Assembly (NCBI GenBank): GCA_030141605.1
Contig: JAQGDQ010002367.1
Span: forward strand, 496,001 to 560,000
Reading direction: 5' to 3'
DNA length: 64,000 nt
Source of the DNA: Tubiluchus corallicola
Lineage: Eukaryota > Animalia > Priapulida
Shown: one piece after another, positions 13,581-25,618 of the stretch
Position numbering within the stretch: the stretch's first letter is position 1
Layout: each line of letters begins with the position of its first letter
Program-made: the position numbers and the translations under genes
The notes under the pieces: generated by a model
Database searches by the model: none
Told to the model about the DNA's origin: nothing
Seen by the model: the letters and a program-made list of their open reading frames with translations, nothing else

Positions 13581-14512
13581 TGTTATGTAGAATTGCCAAC
13601 TATAATTAAGAAGAAGCGGAGAGTGGTTTTTCCTTGAAAGAGAGTTTTATAGCCCAAGTGACGCAGGGAACAATCCTCTAGGGTTGATGATGTGAAGGAC
13701 GGAGAAGTCGAATAGCGGTGTTTTCTCATGTAAGAAGCTACGTTATCAGCCATCTGGATGGTCATAAACCACCAAGCCAAGGATGTAACCTTTGAACTAT
13801 TGCAATGTATTACAGCGTTGCCGCGAAATTTGTGAAAGCTATTGTGACACATTGCAGTGTTCGCACGAAAGGTTATGAAATCTCCGTTTGGATATATAAG
13901 ACGATGTCTTGAGGAACAGAGGAGGCTGTGAGTTAGTCAGAAGTGAGTGGTTGAGAGTGAACCACGTGCCGTCCAGAGAGAGAGGCTACTGGAATTCTGA
14001 CGGAAGCAAAGACACGTAAGACCAACGTGGACATCAAATCTGCGTACTCAACTATTTGAGCACTGGATCTACGATTAGTCTTGCATCGGAAATGGATTTG
14101 ACCAATTGAACAGTTGTCACATTGGTCATTCCACCAAGTTAAGTGATCTTAACATATCGTAACTTGAGAGCAACTCTGCATAGTAGAAATTCACAGTGTA
14201 ATAGACACCTTAAGTGTAACGTTTAGTTGATTGTAATTGCATACTTCACATTGTAATTAGCACCTTAAGTGCGAAGCAAGGAAATAGTTAAGTGAATCTG
14301 ATTAGTGTCTCTTGGAGCTAACTATTATTTGTGAGCGTCGATTGGCGATTAAGATCAAACATTGTAATATTAGTTGACTAAGAGTAATTGTTGTCAAACA
14401 ATAAATGATTTCACTTTAACTTAAAAGACTAGTTTATGTATGCTTATAGGTGTTTCAGTTAAGCAACCTTAAATTCGGTAAACGATTCTGAAGATTCGCT
14501 GTGTACATAACA
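13581..14512 (+). mobile_element. Probable solo LTR (Gypsy/BEL-like)
   Basis: Perfect 9-bp terminal inverted repeat TGTTATGTA...TACATAACA (TG..CA ends), TATATAA at 13893, AATAAA at 14400; flanks GTAA/TTAA give only an imperfect 4-bp TSD; no gag/pol nearby. Confidence 0.6.
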
Positions 14513-15606
14513 TTAATTTAGTTAACAAGTTCAATTGCGGGAACTTAGCTAGTAAGCTTTAGCTTAAGACTCTAATCACAATGCGGAGTCGTAGAAATAG
14601 TCTTGTGGGACAAGATCATAGCCCTATTGACTAATCTTAAGCTCTAGGAGCCAGGTTATAATTAACCTTATAGCAATTAATGTAATAGAAGCGAATCACT
14701 CTTTAAATAAGTCGTGTGTTTCTTCAGGTCACGTGTTATACGATCACGAGAGAGATAATAATCAACATTTATCAGAGAGATTAATCATATAAGATAACGG
14801 GTACAATAATAGGACTAATTGAAGAAGAACATGATAAATATTCCCAGATAGAAGCGCAGCAGAAAAAACTAGATTCTGTAAACAATCGCTCTGGAGCGTT
14901 CGTAAGACTATTGGATACAACAGAAAAAAACAAGTACTACATACAAACTGTCGGCGGTTAGGAACCAGTGATGAGCAACCCTAGAAGCACCTAGTAGAAG
15001 TAGCAATAAACAGGCTTGCATAATTAGCGTAACAATTGACCTTCGATTGCAGAGTTCATTCCAAATGAGACCCAACCAAACTTGCTGGCACCACAGAGCC
15101 CAGATATGATTGCAGTAGTCTATAAAGTTATAAAAGAAATTAATTTTGGGCATTATGCTGTACTATTTTGATACGGTAATGACAATTACAGTGATTTTTT
15201 ATCAAGCAATTAAACTAGCAGTTTACTTTGTTAAACTTTATTTAAAAACGTAAGGTTTATTAAAACATGTTGACTTTAAGATGATCTCTTAGGAATAAAG
15301 AATTAAAAAGGTTGTGTACTATAGTATGTTACACTGACCGTAATATTACATTATTTCACTGACGTAATGCATGCATAAAAATCCGAGTAACTGGCTTGTC
15401 TCAACTGGAATAACATCGTTAAAAAATTCCATGGTGGTGACATTCATAATTATGCAAGCGAGTACTTAGTGATTTACTAATTGCACATTACAGATCATGC
15501 GATTAATACTATGTAAGACAACCCATAACGATGTAATAAAATATCATAATTTATGTCGGCGTTATTATATAACTACTATAATCTTACATAACCGTTACAC
15601 AACTAA

Positions 15607-18084
15607 TTAGTAATATTTCTTATAATTGGCAGCCTCGAGAGAATCACGTGGTAACAGCTTACCAGGTGAATGCATTAAATCAACAACATAAACGTCAGAC
15701 TTTATACCCATCACATTATCACATAATTTGCTACCAACCAACATGACTTCATTCCAAGCCCTATTATATTTACCACGAGTAAGTGAGCAGGGTAGATCCA
15801 CAAAATCAGCAAGAACCTTAAACAAAAGAGCACGATGAAAAAAGGTACCACACCGTATCATACCAAGCGGAACTATGTTTGAGTCTAATTTCCTTTTTAG
15901 TTGCATCAGCGGTAGTTCAAAACCAATCTCACCCACCTTTTCGGGCAGCACAACTCCGCCTAACTTATCGCTAACGAATTTTGCAATATACTCAACTTGC
16001 TCTCTTGGTTTAGAATATTTAATTCTTGCTATATCTTCAAGATACTCAGCTAGATCAGGATCTTTAACAGTCTGTTGCTCTATCTCTTCTGCACTGTCAG
16101 TTGATTCATGCACATGCAGGTCTTTAGCAGATTGCCCTTTGTTACGAGATAAACCATGACTACGCCGTTTTTTATGACGCACTTCATGTTCGCCTGCAAG
16201 CATGTTTGGATGAACTGAGCTGGGAACATCAGAAAAGTCGTCTCCCTGCAACTCCATGTCTACCAAAATGACGGGTCGACGGTCGTTTATGTTTTCACTG
16301 GTAAGGTGTTCCAAACTTGGTATGGTCTTCTCAGGCGGTAATGCCCCACAGTCATAAAAACCAGGTTGTATTATGTCAGTAGCGCTAAGTGAACCCGTTT
16401 TGCAATACTTCGCAGATAAGTTGTGATTTAACAAAGTATTGTAAGCCGTTTGTGCAAAACCATCATTTCTTGAGGCTAACGAACAGAAATCTTGCAATAT
16501 TTCCAATGTCCCACGTTCCACAAAATCCACAGCAATGTTACCATCAGCAGCAGCCAGTGAAATTGCCCAACAGGCGTTTTGACGTACTTCACTATCTGCT
16601 GACTGTAATAATTGCAGGAGCACTTCTACACCATTGCTGTCTCTGAATTGACATCTTGACTCCACATCAGTTAGAAGTGATCCTAACAGAGCCACTGCAG
16701 AATTCTCTACTTTACTATTCCCACAAGTTATCTGTTCAAGTGCAAGAGCCACTAATCCTTCATGTATGATATACTCTCTAACACGCTCTTCAAGAGTCAA
16801 ATTAAGTAACACAGTCAAGGAATTATTCACAGTTTGCTGGTTTTCATCCTTAACCAAATCAATAAGTGTGACCACACCTCCAAGCTCATTCACTTTACCA
16901 ATGATTGTTCGCTCATTTAAAGTGAGGTTTGCTAATGCATGAGTAACAAACTGACGGACACAAGAGTCTGGGCTTCTGAGCAATTTAACGAATATTTCTG
17001 TTCCTGAATGTTCACAGATGAGTTCTCTGCTCTCTCTGGACCCTGACATGATTGCTAGGGCCTCGGCAACAGCTGGCTGTATGGCAACACCCCCATCGGT
17101 TAACAAGGCCAACAGTTTAACTTCAAACTCTTTTGAATGACAAATCATTTTGGTGGTTTCATTTCTCATTGCCCTTGCTATTACTAGCATTGCCTTCACT
17201 TTGACGTCAGGATTTACATTACCATTGGGTACTACTAAATCGAGTATAGTAAATACCTTACCACTAACAACTAATTCATGCAGACATTCTGAAGACAATA
17301 GAAAATTTGCCAACACCTGAGCTACATCAGTATGCAACATGTTGTATTCCTTCATCTTAATCATCTTAATAAGGTGGTCCATACCATTATGTTGTTTCAT
17401 CTGTAAACGAAGTTCTTCATCTTCCATGCACTTATTTAGACAAGCAAGTGCAGCTCGTTGTATTGCCAGAAATTCAGACTCACTCTGTATTAACAATGGA
17501 CGAATAATGTTTAGTCCCCTGACAATTTCTTTTGCTTCATAATCTTCAAGAATGCACTTAAGGATCTCAATGGAGTTATTTTGGACGTCTGGATCATTGG
17601 CACCTAGCAAGGAAATGCAGCGCTTCATGAAGTCTTCTTGTGCCAACTGGTCTTTGCTGTTGTGATCCATAGCCATCACGCATAAACAACTGGATGCCAG
17701 TTCATGTATTACAGGATCATTTTCATCGAGGAGAGAGTAGAAAGAAGAAAGGTAATCAACACTCCGTAAAGCAGTGCGAGCAACAAACGATGTTAGAAGT
17801 TCACGTAAAAGGGCGCCAGAATTTCTCTTCACCACCTTTTCAGTGTGCGACAGTAGCGGCACCACGTGTTTCATTATTCCCAGTTGAATTAAAATATTTA
17901 CATTGACTTCAGATTTCTCAGCGTATTTTAACAAGCCTAGTGAAGCTCTGAGTATTGGTTCAGTCTCTTTACTTTGCAACAGCAGAATAGCTGTCTCTGC
18001 ACTCTTTCCCTCCACAATTAGTGGCTCAGGTAAATCGTAACAGACGGGTTTTTCGGCTGTCCCCTTCCTTTGTGTCCTGGTCAT
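15607..18084 (-). CDS. ARMC3: Armadillo repeat-containing protein 3, single coding exon, 825 aa
   Basis: Uninterrupted ORF; ARM repeats followed by C-terminal GTFFHRALLFKVLAD...CSLTRGKYNRAWNEV...VVDLMHSPGKL, the EDR1-like domain of ARMC3. First ATG at 18084 (the ORF track begins at a non-ATG codon at 18132). Confidence 0.92.
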   Translation of the reverse strand: MTRTQRKGTAEKPVCYDLPEPLIVEGKSAETAILLLQSKETEPILRASLGLLKYAEKSEVNVNILIQLGIMKHVVPLLSHTEKVVKRNSGALLRELLTSFVARTALRSVDYLSSFYSLLDENDPVIHELASSCLCVMAMDHNSKDQLAQEDFMKRCISLLGANDPDVQNNSIEILKCILEDYEAKEIVRGLNIIRPLLIQSESEFLAIQRAALACLNKCMEDEELRLQMKQHNGMDHLIKMIKMKEYNMLHTDVAQVLANFLLSSECLHELVVSGKVFTILDLVVPNGNVNPDVKVKAMLVIARAMRNETTKMICHSKEFEVKLLALLTDGGVAIQPAVAEALAIMSGSRESRELICEHSGTEIFVKLLRSPDSCVRQFVTHALANLTLNERTIIGKVNELGGVVTLIDLVKDENQQTVNNSLTVLLNLTLEERVREYIIHEGLVALALEQITCGNSKVENSAVALLGSLLTDVESRCQFRDSNGVEVLLQLLQSADSEVRQNACWAISLAAADGNIAVDFVERGTLEILQDFCSLASRNDGFAQTAYNTLLNHNLSAKYCKTGSLSATDIIQPGFYDCGALPPEKTIPSLEHLTSENINDRRPVILVDMELQGDDFSDVPSSVHPNMLAGEHEVRHKKRRSHGLSRNKGQSAKDLHVHESTDSAEEIEQQTVKDPDLAEYLEDIARIKYSKPREQVEYIAKFVSDKLGGVVLPEKVGEIGFELPLMQLKRKLDSNIVPLGMIRCGTFFHRALLFKVLADFVDLPCSLTRGKYNRAWNEVMLVGSKLCDNVMGIKSDVYVVDLMHSPGKLLPRDSLEAANYKKYY

Positions 18085-18192
18085 CTTGTTTCTACGCAAA
18101 GTTTTACTTAAACGCCATAGAAAATTCAACACGCTGTTAGTTCTAAAATTAGCTGGATTTGTTCGTTCGATGCATTGCGCTATACGCCTTTG

Positions 18193-18214
18193 TGTTTACC
18201 GTTACTACAGCAAC
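18193..18214. promoter_or_regulatory. Forkhead site plus RFX X-box upstream of ARMC3
   Basis: TGTTTAC (18193-18199) and GTTACTACAGCAAC (18201-18214), about 110-130 bp 5' of the ARMC3 ATG. Confidence 0.7.
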
Positions 18215-19748
18215 CACAACAAGAATATGTCGTAACGTCCTGCAGAGATTTAATCAAAATCAACTGTATTTGTTTGAAGGAAAGAACAAGAGCTTAGCAT
18301 GTTGGCTTGTCATTTAAATTTAGAAAAAACATAACGCAGAAATTTGCAAAAAACTGTCCATAAAGCATAAAGTTATTTTTGTACTACTGCTGTATAAAAT
18401 TTTTAGGCGCGATGGTAATCACCATTCACTTGAAAATTATGACGTAACTGGTGGACTTCGTGACTTTCCGTAAGCGCTTAGTGGTTTTCAGTAAACTAAT
18501 TCAAACTCTGCAGCCGATTGACGACGTCATTGGTGGATGAATGGGCGTTTAAAATGGGATCGCTCAAGCGTGAAATGATCACGACTTTAAAATCATCTTA
18601 CTAACTATACGAAGCGCTTATCACACTTTTATTACTAAATGTTACTAACACTTATCGCGAACACTAAAATAAGTCTAACTTCCTAGAAGGCTTGACTAAT
18701 TTTTTCTAAACATTCAGAAAAATACATTTCAGATTTTCAAATTTATTCGTAATGTCACGTAAGATTGCCTCCTAGACCACCTATAGTGTAATCATAACAC
18801 CATTATATCAGGCAAATAATGCAATTAGAAGTCGAAATAATAGGTATTTTAACTTTACACTGGGGAAAATATTAATGAAATTACTAATCCTCTTTACTTT
18901 CATTACACACTGCACTGCGATTGTTTAATACATATATCAAATTTCTACTCATAATAACCTATATGTGCAGTCAAAATAAGGTAGTAAGGCATGTGAGAAA
19001 GCAATTTTAGGAAACTTGATTCTATTACAACATGTTAAAGAGTTGTTTTGCTTGTCTACTCACATATCAAATACTATAATTAATCTGTACTTTGTATAGA
19101 TCTTGAAGAAATGTTTGGAATGTCCACCAATCGTCATATTGTTATTCGTTACTGCATGTATTCCACCACAAATTTATGCATTAATGTAATATACACATCA
19201 TTGAGACATAAAATAGTAGGTGTTTCGCCGCCCGTATTATATAAAAATAATTGTACTGTGTTCAGAAACTGAATAAGATATGTAAGTGTGCATTAAAGTT
19301 TGATTGGTGTTCGAGTTACAGATATTTTTAAGCAGCCGAATGTTCGCATTCACCTTATTATTAAAATTGCTTAGGAATTAATGAGACTATTCATGCGTAC
19401 ACTGCATACCCAGCGGTCTAACGGCGAATCTCTAATTTCCCAATCATCCCTACAGCGCTCAACGCATGCTTATGCCAGGTGTATGCAGGTACATGCAACT
19501 TCAGCGATTATAGGGGTGTGTTAGATCAAAGCTAGGAAAGTCTAATGAATAATCATTACCGCAGTACCAACTTGCTTGCCTTTTCTATACGAGATATAAT
19601 TTGTAAATGAAAGTAAAACGATGTAATACCTTAAACTAAATGTGAACGTAATATTTACCAAGTTTTGCAAAATACCTCCCCTCACAAACCTATTCTTTTT
19701 CTACCAATCAGCCAGCCCATGGGTGTCGCTTTAAACAGGTATTTAAAC

Positions 19749-21966
19749 ATGGAGGACGTGTTTGTCGTTTTCGTTCTTTTTTCTTTAATACTGCACTTAG
19801 GTAAGCATGAGCATCACTATTGAATGGCAGACCAATTAATACCAAAGCCTGTGTGGAAAATCAAAATTCATTAGTTATGTTTCATTATTCATTTTGTCAG
19901 CCCTTACAAGGTATTACTGATATAGGCATGATTTGAATCGATCTATCGTAGACATAATTATGTAAACCTGAGATGAAAAGTTTTCAACACAAATTTATAG
20001 TCGTAAGTATGTTATAATTCAGGGCAATGAAATGGCTTACACGTAGAACCAAAACGATTCAGTAATGTGGGAGTACGTAAGCGTAGTGCAAGTCATTATA
20101 GGCTATTTAGTAGATTTCTTCCAATTCTGTAGATTATCGTACTGAAACATGCCAGTATAGTTCAATTGCCCACCAATTTTTTGTCATGACAAATTTAATT
20201 AGGTTCTACAATATGGAAAAGCATTGAAGCTTTTGGTTCAAGAAACGGAGAACTACCAAAACTATAAGTTCTTCCTTGATGAAAGTGATAATATTGTGTG
20301 CGTTTAGTGCACGTGGTGTGACAAAAGTGCATTTTGGTGAATTTAAGTGATACAATGTCTTTTTTTTAAAAATAAGTCTGTGTCATTTGTGGAGTGGCAT
20401 TTAATAAATTAAAACAGTTTAGTATTTAGCACTGAAAGTGTATTTAACTTGTATATCACAAGCATGGGCATGTGACAGAAAGATTTTAAACACTCTAACT
20501 GTTGTGTTGTTATACAGGTAATGCTATACGATGTTATTCTTGCACAATTCCACCATACCCAGGAGCAGATTTGCACACAAACCGGAGAGATATTTGTCCT
20601 GATATAAGATGTCCTGGCAATGATGAGGAACAAGTCTGTGTTAAAGTTCTTGATCGCAGGGGAAGTATGTTGGCAAAATACATAACAAAGTTGTTAATTA
20701 TAGACAACATGATGTTGAAATCAAATTACCACATTCCACTATTTTTTCCACTTCAATTTAATCAGTGAAATTGTTTATAAACTAATTAACAAGCAGACTC
20801 AGCATGTTAATTTTATTTTTAGCATTTAATAACTACTTGTAACTTACTAAATACCTCTTACTTAGGTTTGTAGCTCATTTTATGTCACCAGGGCCTGTTT
20901 CAGCCTAAGCGACGCCTGGGGAAGTGGAGCGTGTGAGGCCCCTTTCGCCACCATGGTTGGTGCCCAGAAAATGTTTGAACTGCTAGAATGCTGGAGAAGC
21001 ATTTTCGAAGAGAAAATATCGAGTTATACAGTTGTTAAAGGAAAGGACAATTGAAAGAAAAACTGCTTTCTTCTCAAGACCAGTCCTTAATACTTGTTAA
21101 ATAGTCAAATCAAAAACAACATCTTTGCAATATGTAATACCATACTCTCACTTCCATATAAGCCGGTATTAGAAATTCCGAAATTGAAAACAGCTGAACA
21201 TCGGTACCGAGCCACACAAGGGAAACGGCGCGCATGCGGCAAGAGAGGGAGAGAGCAGGCAGTATGTTCGCATAAAGCAAAAAAATGTTATCTCAGCGCG
21301 AGGCCCCCCTGGAGGGTGAGGCCCCAGGGAAGTATCCCCACTTCCCCCCCCCCCTCTGAAACAGGGCCTGTATGTCACTGATGTATGTATTGTTTATCAG
21401 GTGAAGAAATAATAACAAGAGCCTGCTTGTGGGATTTGAGATCAAGCAATTATGCAAACCTTCTTCCTGGCGATGTATTCACAGGTTGCAGGAAGCCAGC
21501 AGATGATGTTGAACTTTCTCGTCCTGATTACTACATTGAAAGGTAAGTAATTACAAAGCACAACTATGTAACCACTTTATTTTCTCATGCATAGATCATG
21601 TATGGCCTATTCACAGCATGTAATTTTTTGTTAGGGTGAAAATGGAAACGTTGCAAAAACATTGTTGGCCCTTTGCTAACTCTCTAGTGAAGCATTAATA
21701 ATCAATGACATTGTCAATCTTAATGCTAATAAAAAGCAAAAGCTTTCCTAGGTAAACAGTAAACAGCTCTTGTAAAAATCTTTTCTATGACGATGTGTGT
21801 AATGAAAAGAATAGTAATTGCCAGATGACATACCAGTTTTATCTTAGTTTTTAGACCACTGTCCTGCTTTCCCCTTTTTTTCCAAGTAATCCCGCGTTTT
21901 ATACTGGTTAATTAAAACGCCTTCACAAGTAGTGCAGGGAAAATGAACAGAAAATAGTTTTGACAT

Positions 21967-22016
<50 letters not shown>

Positions 22017-22870
22017 TATTGCTTAGACCGTCTTCCAAAGTATGAATTTTGCTGGTATCATCTTAATTCAGTTACATAAGAAAAATGATGGTTCTGAACA
22101 AAATGGGTGTGAAGTGCAAGAAAGTGAGCTGATAGGTTTGCACGAGCATAATACCTGGTTTTCCTCTTTGCAATTTGCCATCTCAAACTTGATCTTGGAT
22201 AATCTTCTAACTAAACAGCAATAACATGTCTATAGCAGTTAGTAAACACAAATCCAAAGAAATAATAAAAAAATTAAATTTAAACGAAGAGTACAATAGC
22301 AAAACTGACATGAATCTGGGAAGCAAAAAAATAATTTTACTATTAGATCAGGTAAGTTATTAAGTTGGTTGCAAAAAACTATTTCAGACTCATGTCAAAA
22401 TATTCGAGTTTTGCCTATGATTAGCGAACATTTAAAAAAATGCAGAGGTCTATTAGGCTGTTAATTTGTTTTTTTAACAAAGCTGATGGCTTGTCATTTC
22501 ACTTCTTATTAATGTGAAGCTGTGCTTTTTTACGTGGTTTTCTACATAGTAAGCTACTGCATTTCCGCATGGCTGAGCCACTGCTGAAAAAAGTCCTCAG
22601 ATGCTGCAGTCTCAAAAAGTTTTTTCAGTGTCAAATATGCCTCTTAATTTCAAGTGAAACTTAAAATGACTAAGTAAAGGTGATGTGTGGCAATATGCAA
22701 AAATTTTATTCAATTTGGCTACTTTTAGGTACAAAAGACCTTATGAAAATTTGGAATTCTGCTTCTGTGATGACTGGTGGTGGTGTAACAGTTCATCTCA
22801 TACAAGAATCTCTACAACTGCTGTTATTGCATCAGTTTTTATCACGATATTAAGAATTTTGTGGCATTAG
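19749..22870 (+). CDS. GPI-anchored Ly6/uPAR three-finger (quiver/sleepless-superfamily-like) protein, 160 aa, 4 exons
   Basis: Exons 19749-19800, 20518-20664, 21401-21542, 22729-22870; GT-AG, phases 1,1,2, total 483 nt. Signal peptide, IRCYSC start, 10 Cys, terminal CFCDDWWWCN, hydrophobic C-terminal tail after NSS. Confidence 0.88.
20889..21370. mobile_element. hAT-type MITE in Ly6 intron 2
   Basis: 15-bp TIR CAGGGCCTGTTTCAG / CTGAAACAGGGCCTG (1 mismatch); perfect 8-bp TSD TATGTCAC (20881-20888, 21371-21378); empty site visible in the duplicate at 28904-28911. Confidence 0.93.
21971..22012. repeat. (TA)n microsatellite
   Basis: Direct reading. Confidence 0.95.
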
Positions 22871-22873
22871 GCT

Positions 22874-22996
22874 CTATACATGAATACTGTATATACTAAT
22901 TGCTTTGATACTCTTATGCAACTTATTATTTGGCTATACATGAATACTGTATATACTAATTGCTTTGATACTCTTATGCAACTTATTATTTGGCTA
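22874..22996. repeat. Exact 60-bp tandem duplication just after the Ly6 stop codon
   Basis: ctatacatgaatactgtatatactaattgctttgatactcttatgcaacttattatttgg twice. Confidence 0.95.
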
Positions 22997-25618
22997 GTAA
23001 AGTAGCATTATTTTTAACTATTCGACAGAACTAGGCTCGATAGATTGTATACATGCACTTTATAATGAATAGCGTATATATAATATACCATTCGTTTTGA
23101 TATTTTTTGTACAAATTCTCATTTACATAGAATAGCAGTACTATCTTAGTAAAAATATGCTTAGGAAGCTAAGATTAATGTACCCAAATCTGCTTGCACT
23201 CGTTTGTCCTATAAACATGTACAGCCATTATTTCAGTTGTAAGGAAACAGGATGCTTGGAAGAATGTCAACTGTTTTTCCTCTGAACTTCAGTGTATGTT
23301 ACCTCTAATTGTTTTGCCTGTAATGCAAATGCGTTCACTGTTAAGTATGTACCACTGTAAATATTAAATAGATAATATGTTATATCAAAAAATATTGCAA
23401 GGAGGCTAAGTTGTGTGTATACATTATTGTGGCGGCCTCGCAAACTAAGCCTATTTTCTGGTAAATGTTTGTTTGCCTATAAAGAGTGTCCATAAGTTGG
23501 CACTTAGGCTTTTTTAGTTATTCTCACATCCTGAATCTCCATTTCACGAGGATCATTTTTTATCAAGCTTATTGCTTTTTGTTATTTCTAAGGTGAGATA
23601 ATCCATGTTAAAATTGAGGTACATTTTGCACACTGAAAAACATAGTCTTGAGAAAATCACTAGTTAAAGCTTGCCATTATTTTTTGACGCATTTCTGTAA
23701 AAACACTTAGCCACCATATGAAAGTGTGGTTGCTATGGACTTTGTAAGAGCACATTGAAGTTATGTTTAAATCCATTAAATGTTTCTTTCTGATGAAAAT
23801 CTGGGCTTGACAACAGAAAAACTGCAAGCGAAATGTCTGCTACCACGAGCTACTATAGGAGTTTGAAAATACTAAGTTTTTCACATTTGCAATTCTAGTT
23901 TTTAGAAGAAGTGGGCCAAGGGGTTATAAAATTAAATTTCTAATATTTTTGAAAACTTTTCTGACAACTTAATGCTAGATTATAAAAGCCCAATCTATTT
24001 AGCATTTGTTTTTATAAAAACATTGACATTTTTTGGTACATTATACTTTCAAGTATCATAACATAGTTTTAACTATGCTGACCAAATGAAATAGTCAATT
24101 TAAGAACAATTGATCTTTGTATAGGAAACAATGTAGCTAATTTTAGTGCGTCTGATTTTTATTGTCTTATGGTCTTTTTAAGTATTGATGCATCGTAATG
24201 TAATTTAGGCAAGGTACAAATAATTAAAAGTGTTTCACGATTTCTAATTTAAGGTTAAGAGTTTTAACATTTCATCACAAATGTTTCTCTATTTTATTAG
24301 AATAAAAAGATTTGATATTTTTCTATAAATCTGTATATGTTGCATTTTATGAAAAATTCAATACCTTGTATAGAAAATGCCCTCCTTTTACGTTCCGAGT
24401 AGCACTTCTACCAATTGGTCATTGATGATTAAATTTAACAAAAAACCTTACCTTTACGAGGGGGAAATGGGCGTCCCCCCTCTGATATCCAGGTAAGCGC
24501 TTGTTTCAAACAAAACAGTCAAGCTGCAAACATCAAACGCAGGCAGGCGAAAACAGATGCATCAGACACATGGATTATTAAGAACTACAAATGGTTTTAT
24601 TAAAACTCATAAAGATACAAAATAACACCAAACTCTGTAAAAATTTAATACAAAAGCGGTTCTCTTTCCGTCTGCTGAAAAAGTAATGCCGAGTCTTCCG
24701 CCTACTTGTCAAATAATCCCAATTAACAAAAAAGAAGAAAATTGTTGTTACCTACATTTCTCGTAAATATTTAGCTGATTCGCGACACCTTGGTCGTACA
24801 TCACATTAATAGCTTTAACTGAATCACGGTTTTTCTGAAAAGCCTATATTAACGAACAAGAACTGAAAATCTGCAAAATATTTTCGCACTACGTGGGATG
24901 TTCACACATAGTTGTCTTCTGATTGTGCGATTTTTTGTTGTGCGCTACACAGACAGGTATTTTAGTACTAAGCAAATTAGTCAGCTTCATGTAAACTACT
25001 CTTTGAACAGAAACATACCCTGCTACATCTTGGACTTGTGCATAATGCAGTATAATTGTGCTTGTAATCATCCTTCATTATCCTTGTACTAACTTACTGT
25101 CACGCCATTGTAACACTTCCTGTCTGTTAATTAGTGACTGGTCAGCTTCATATAAACTATTCGGTAAACAGAAACGTACCATGCTTGCTGGTAATCATTG
25201 GTAACTTAAAGTCACATCCATGCTATTTCAAACAAAACACGTAATTGAATGATGATTGTAACACTTCTCGTTTATTAATTAGTGGCAGCCCCATTTCCAG
25301 TCAAATAGATTAACTTTGATAGTCACATATAAGGCCCAAAAAGGGCAGCCTTAGTATTAAAGATGAGGCAGATTTGGTGATCTCCTTCTTTTAAAAAAAC
25401 GTGTTCATTATATATATTTATAGATATTTATTTACTTATTTGTATTTCTGTGCAATGTATCTTTCGTCATCACTGAAAACTGTAGTTGAATTATACTTTG
25501 CTTGTTTGATTAACGAATCGCTTATTTTCTACTGGTGTTGTAAATAATTGTCTTAAGAAAGCTGTAGTGATACTTATGTCACTGATGTATGAGCGTTTAG
25601 CACTGATAGTGTATTTAA

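Noticed and set aside
15875-17906. Plus-strand ORFs overlapping ARMC3
   Set aside because: Short antisense shadows with no recognisable motifs.
18085-18132. 16-aa N-terminal extension of ARMC3 in the ORF track
   Set aside because: Begins at a non-ATG codon; the first ATG is at 18084.
23420-25360. Possible large DNA element with degenerate ~150-bp internal repeats (24975-25285)
   Set aside because: No convincing TIR pair or TSD.
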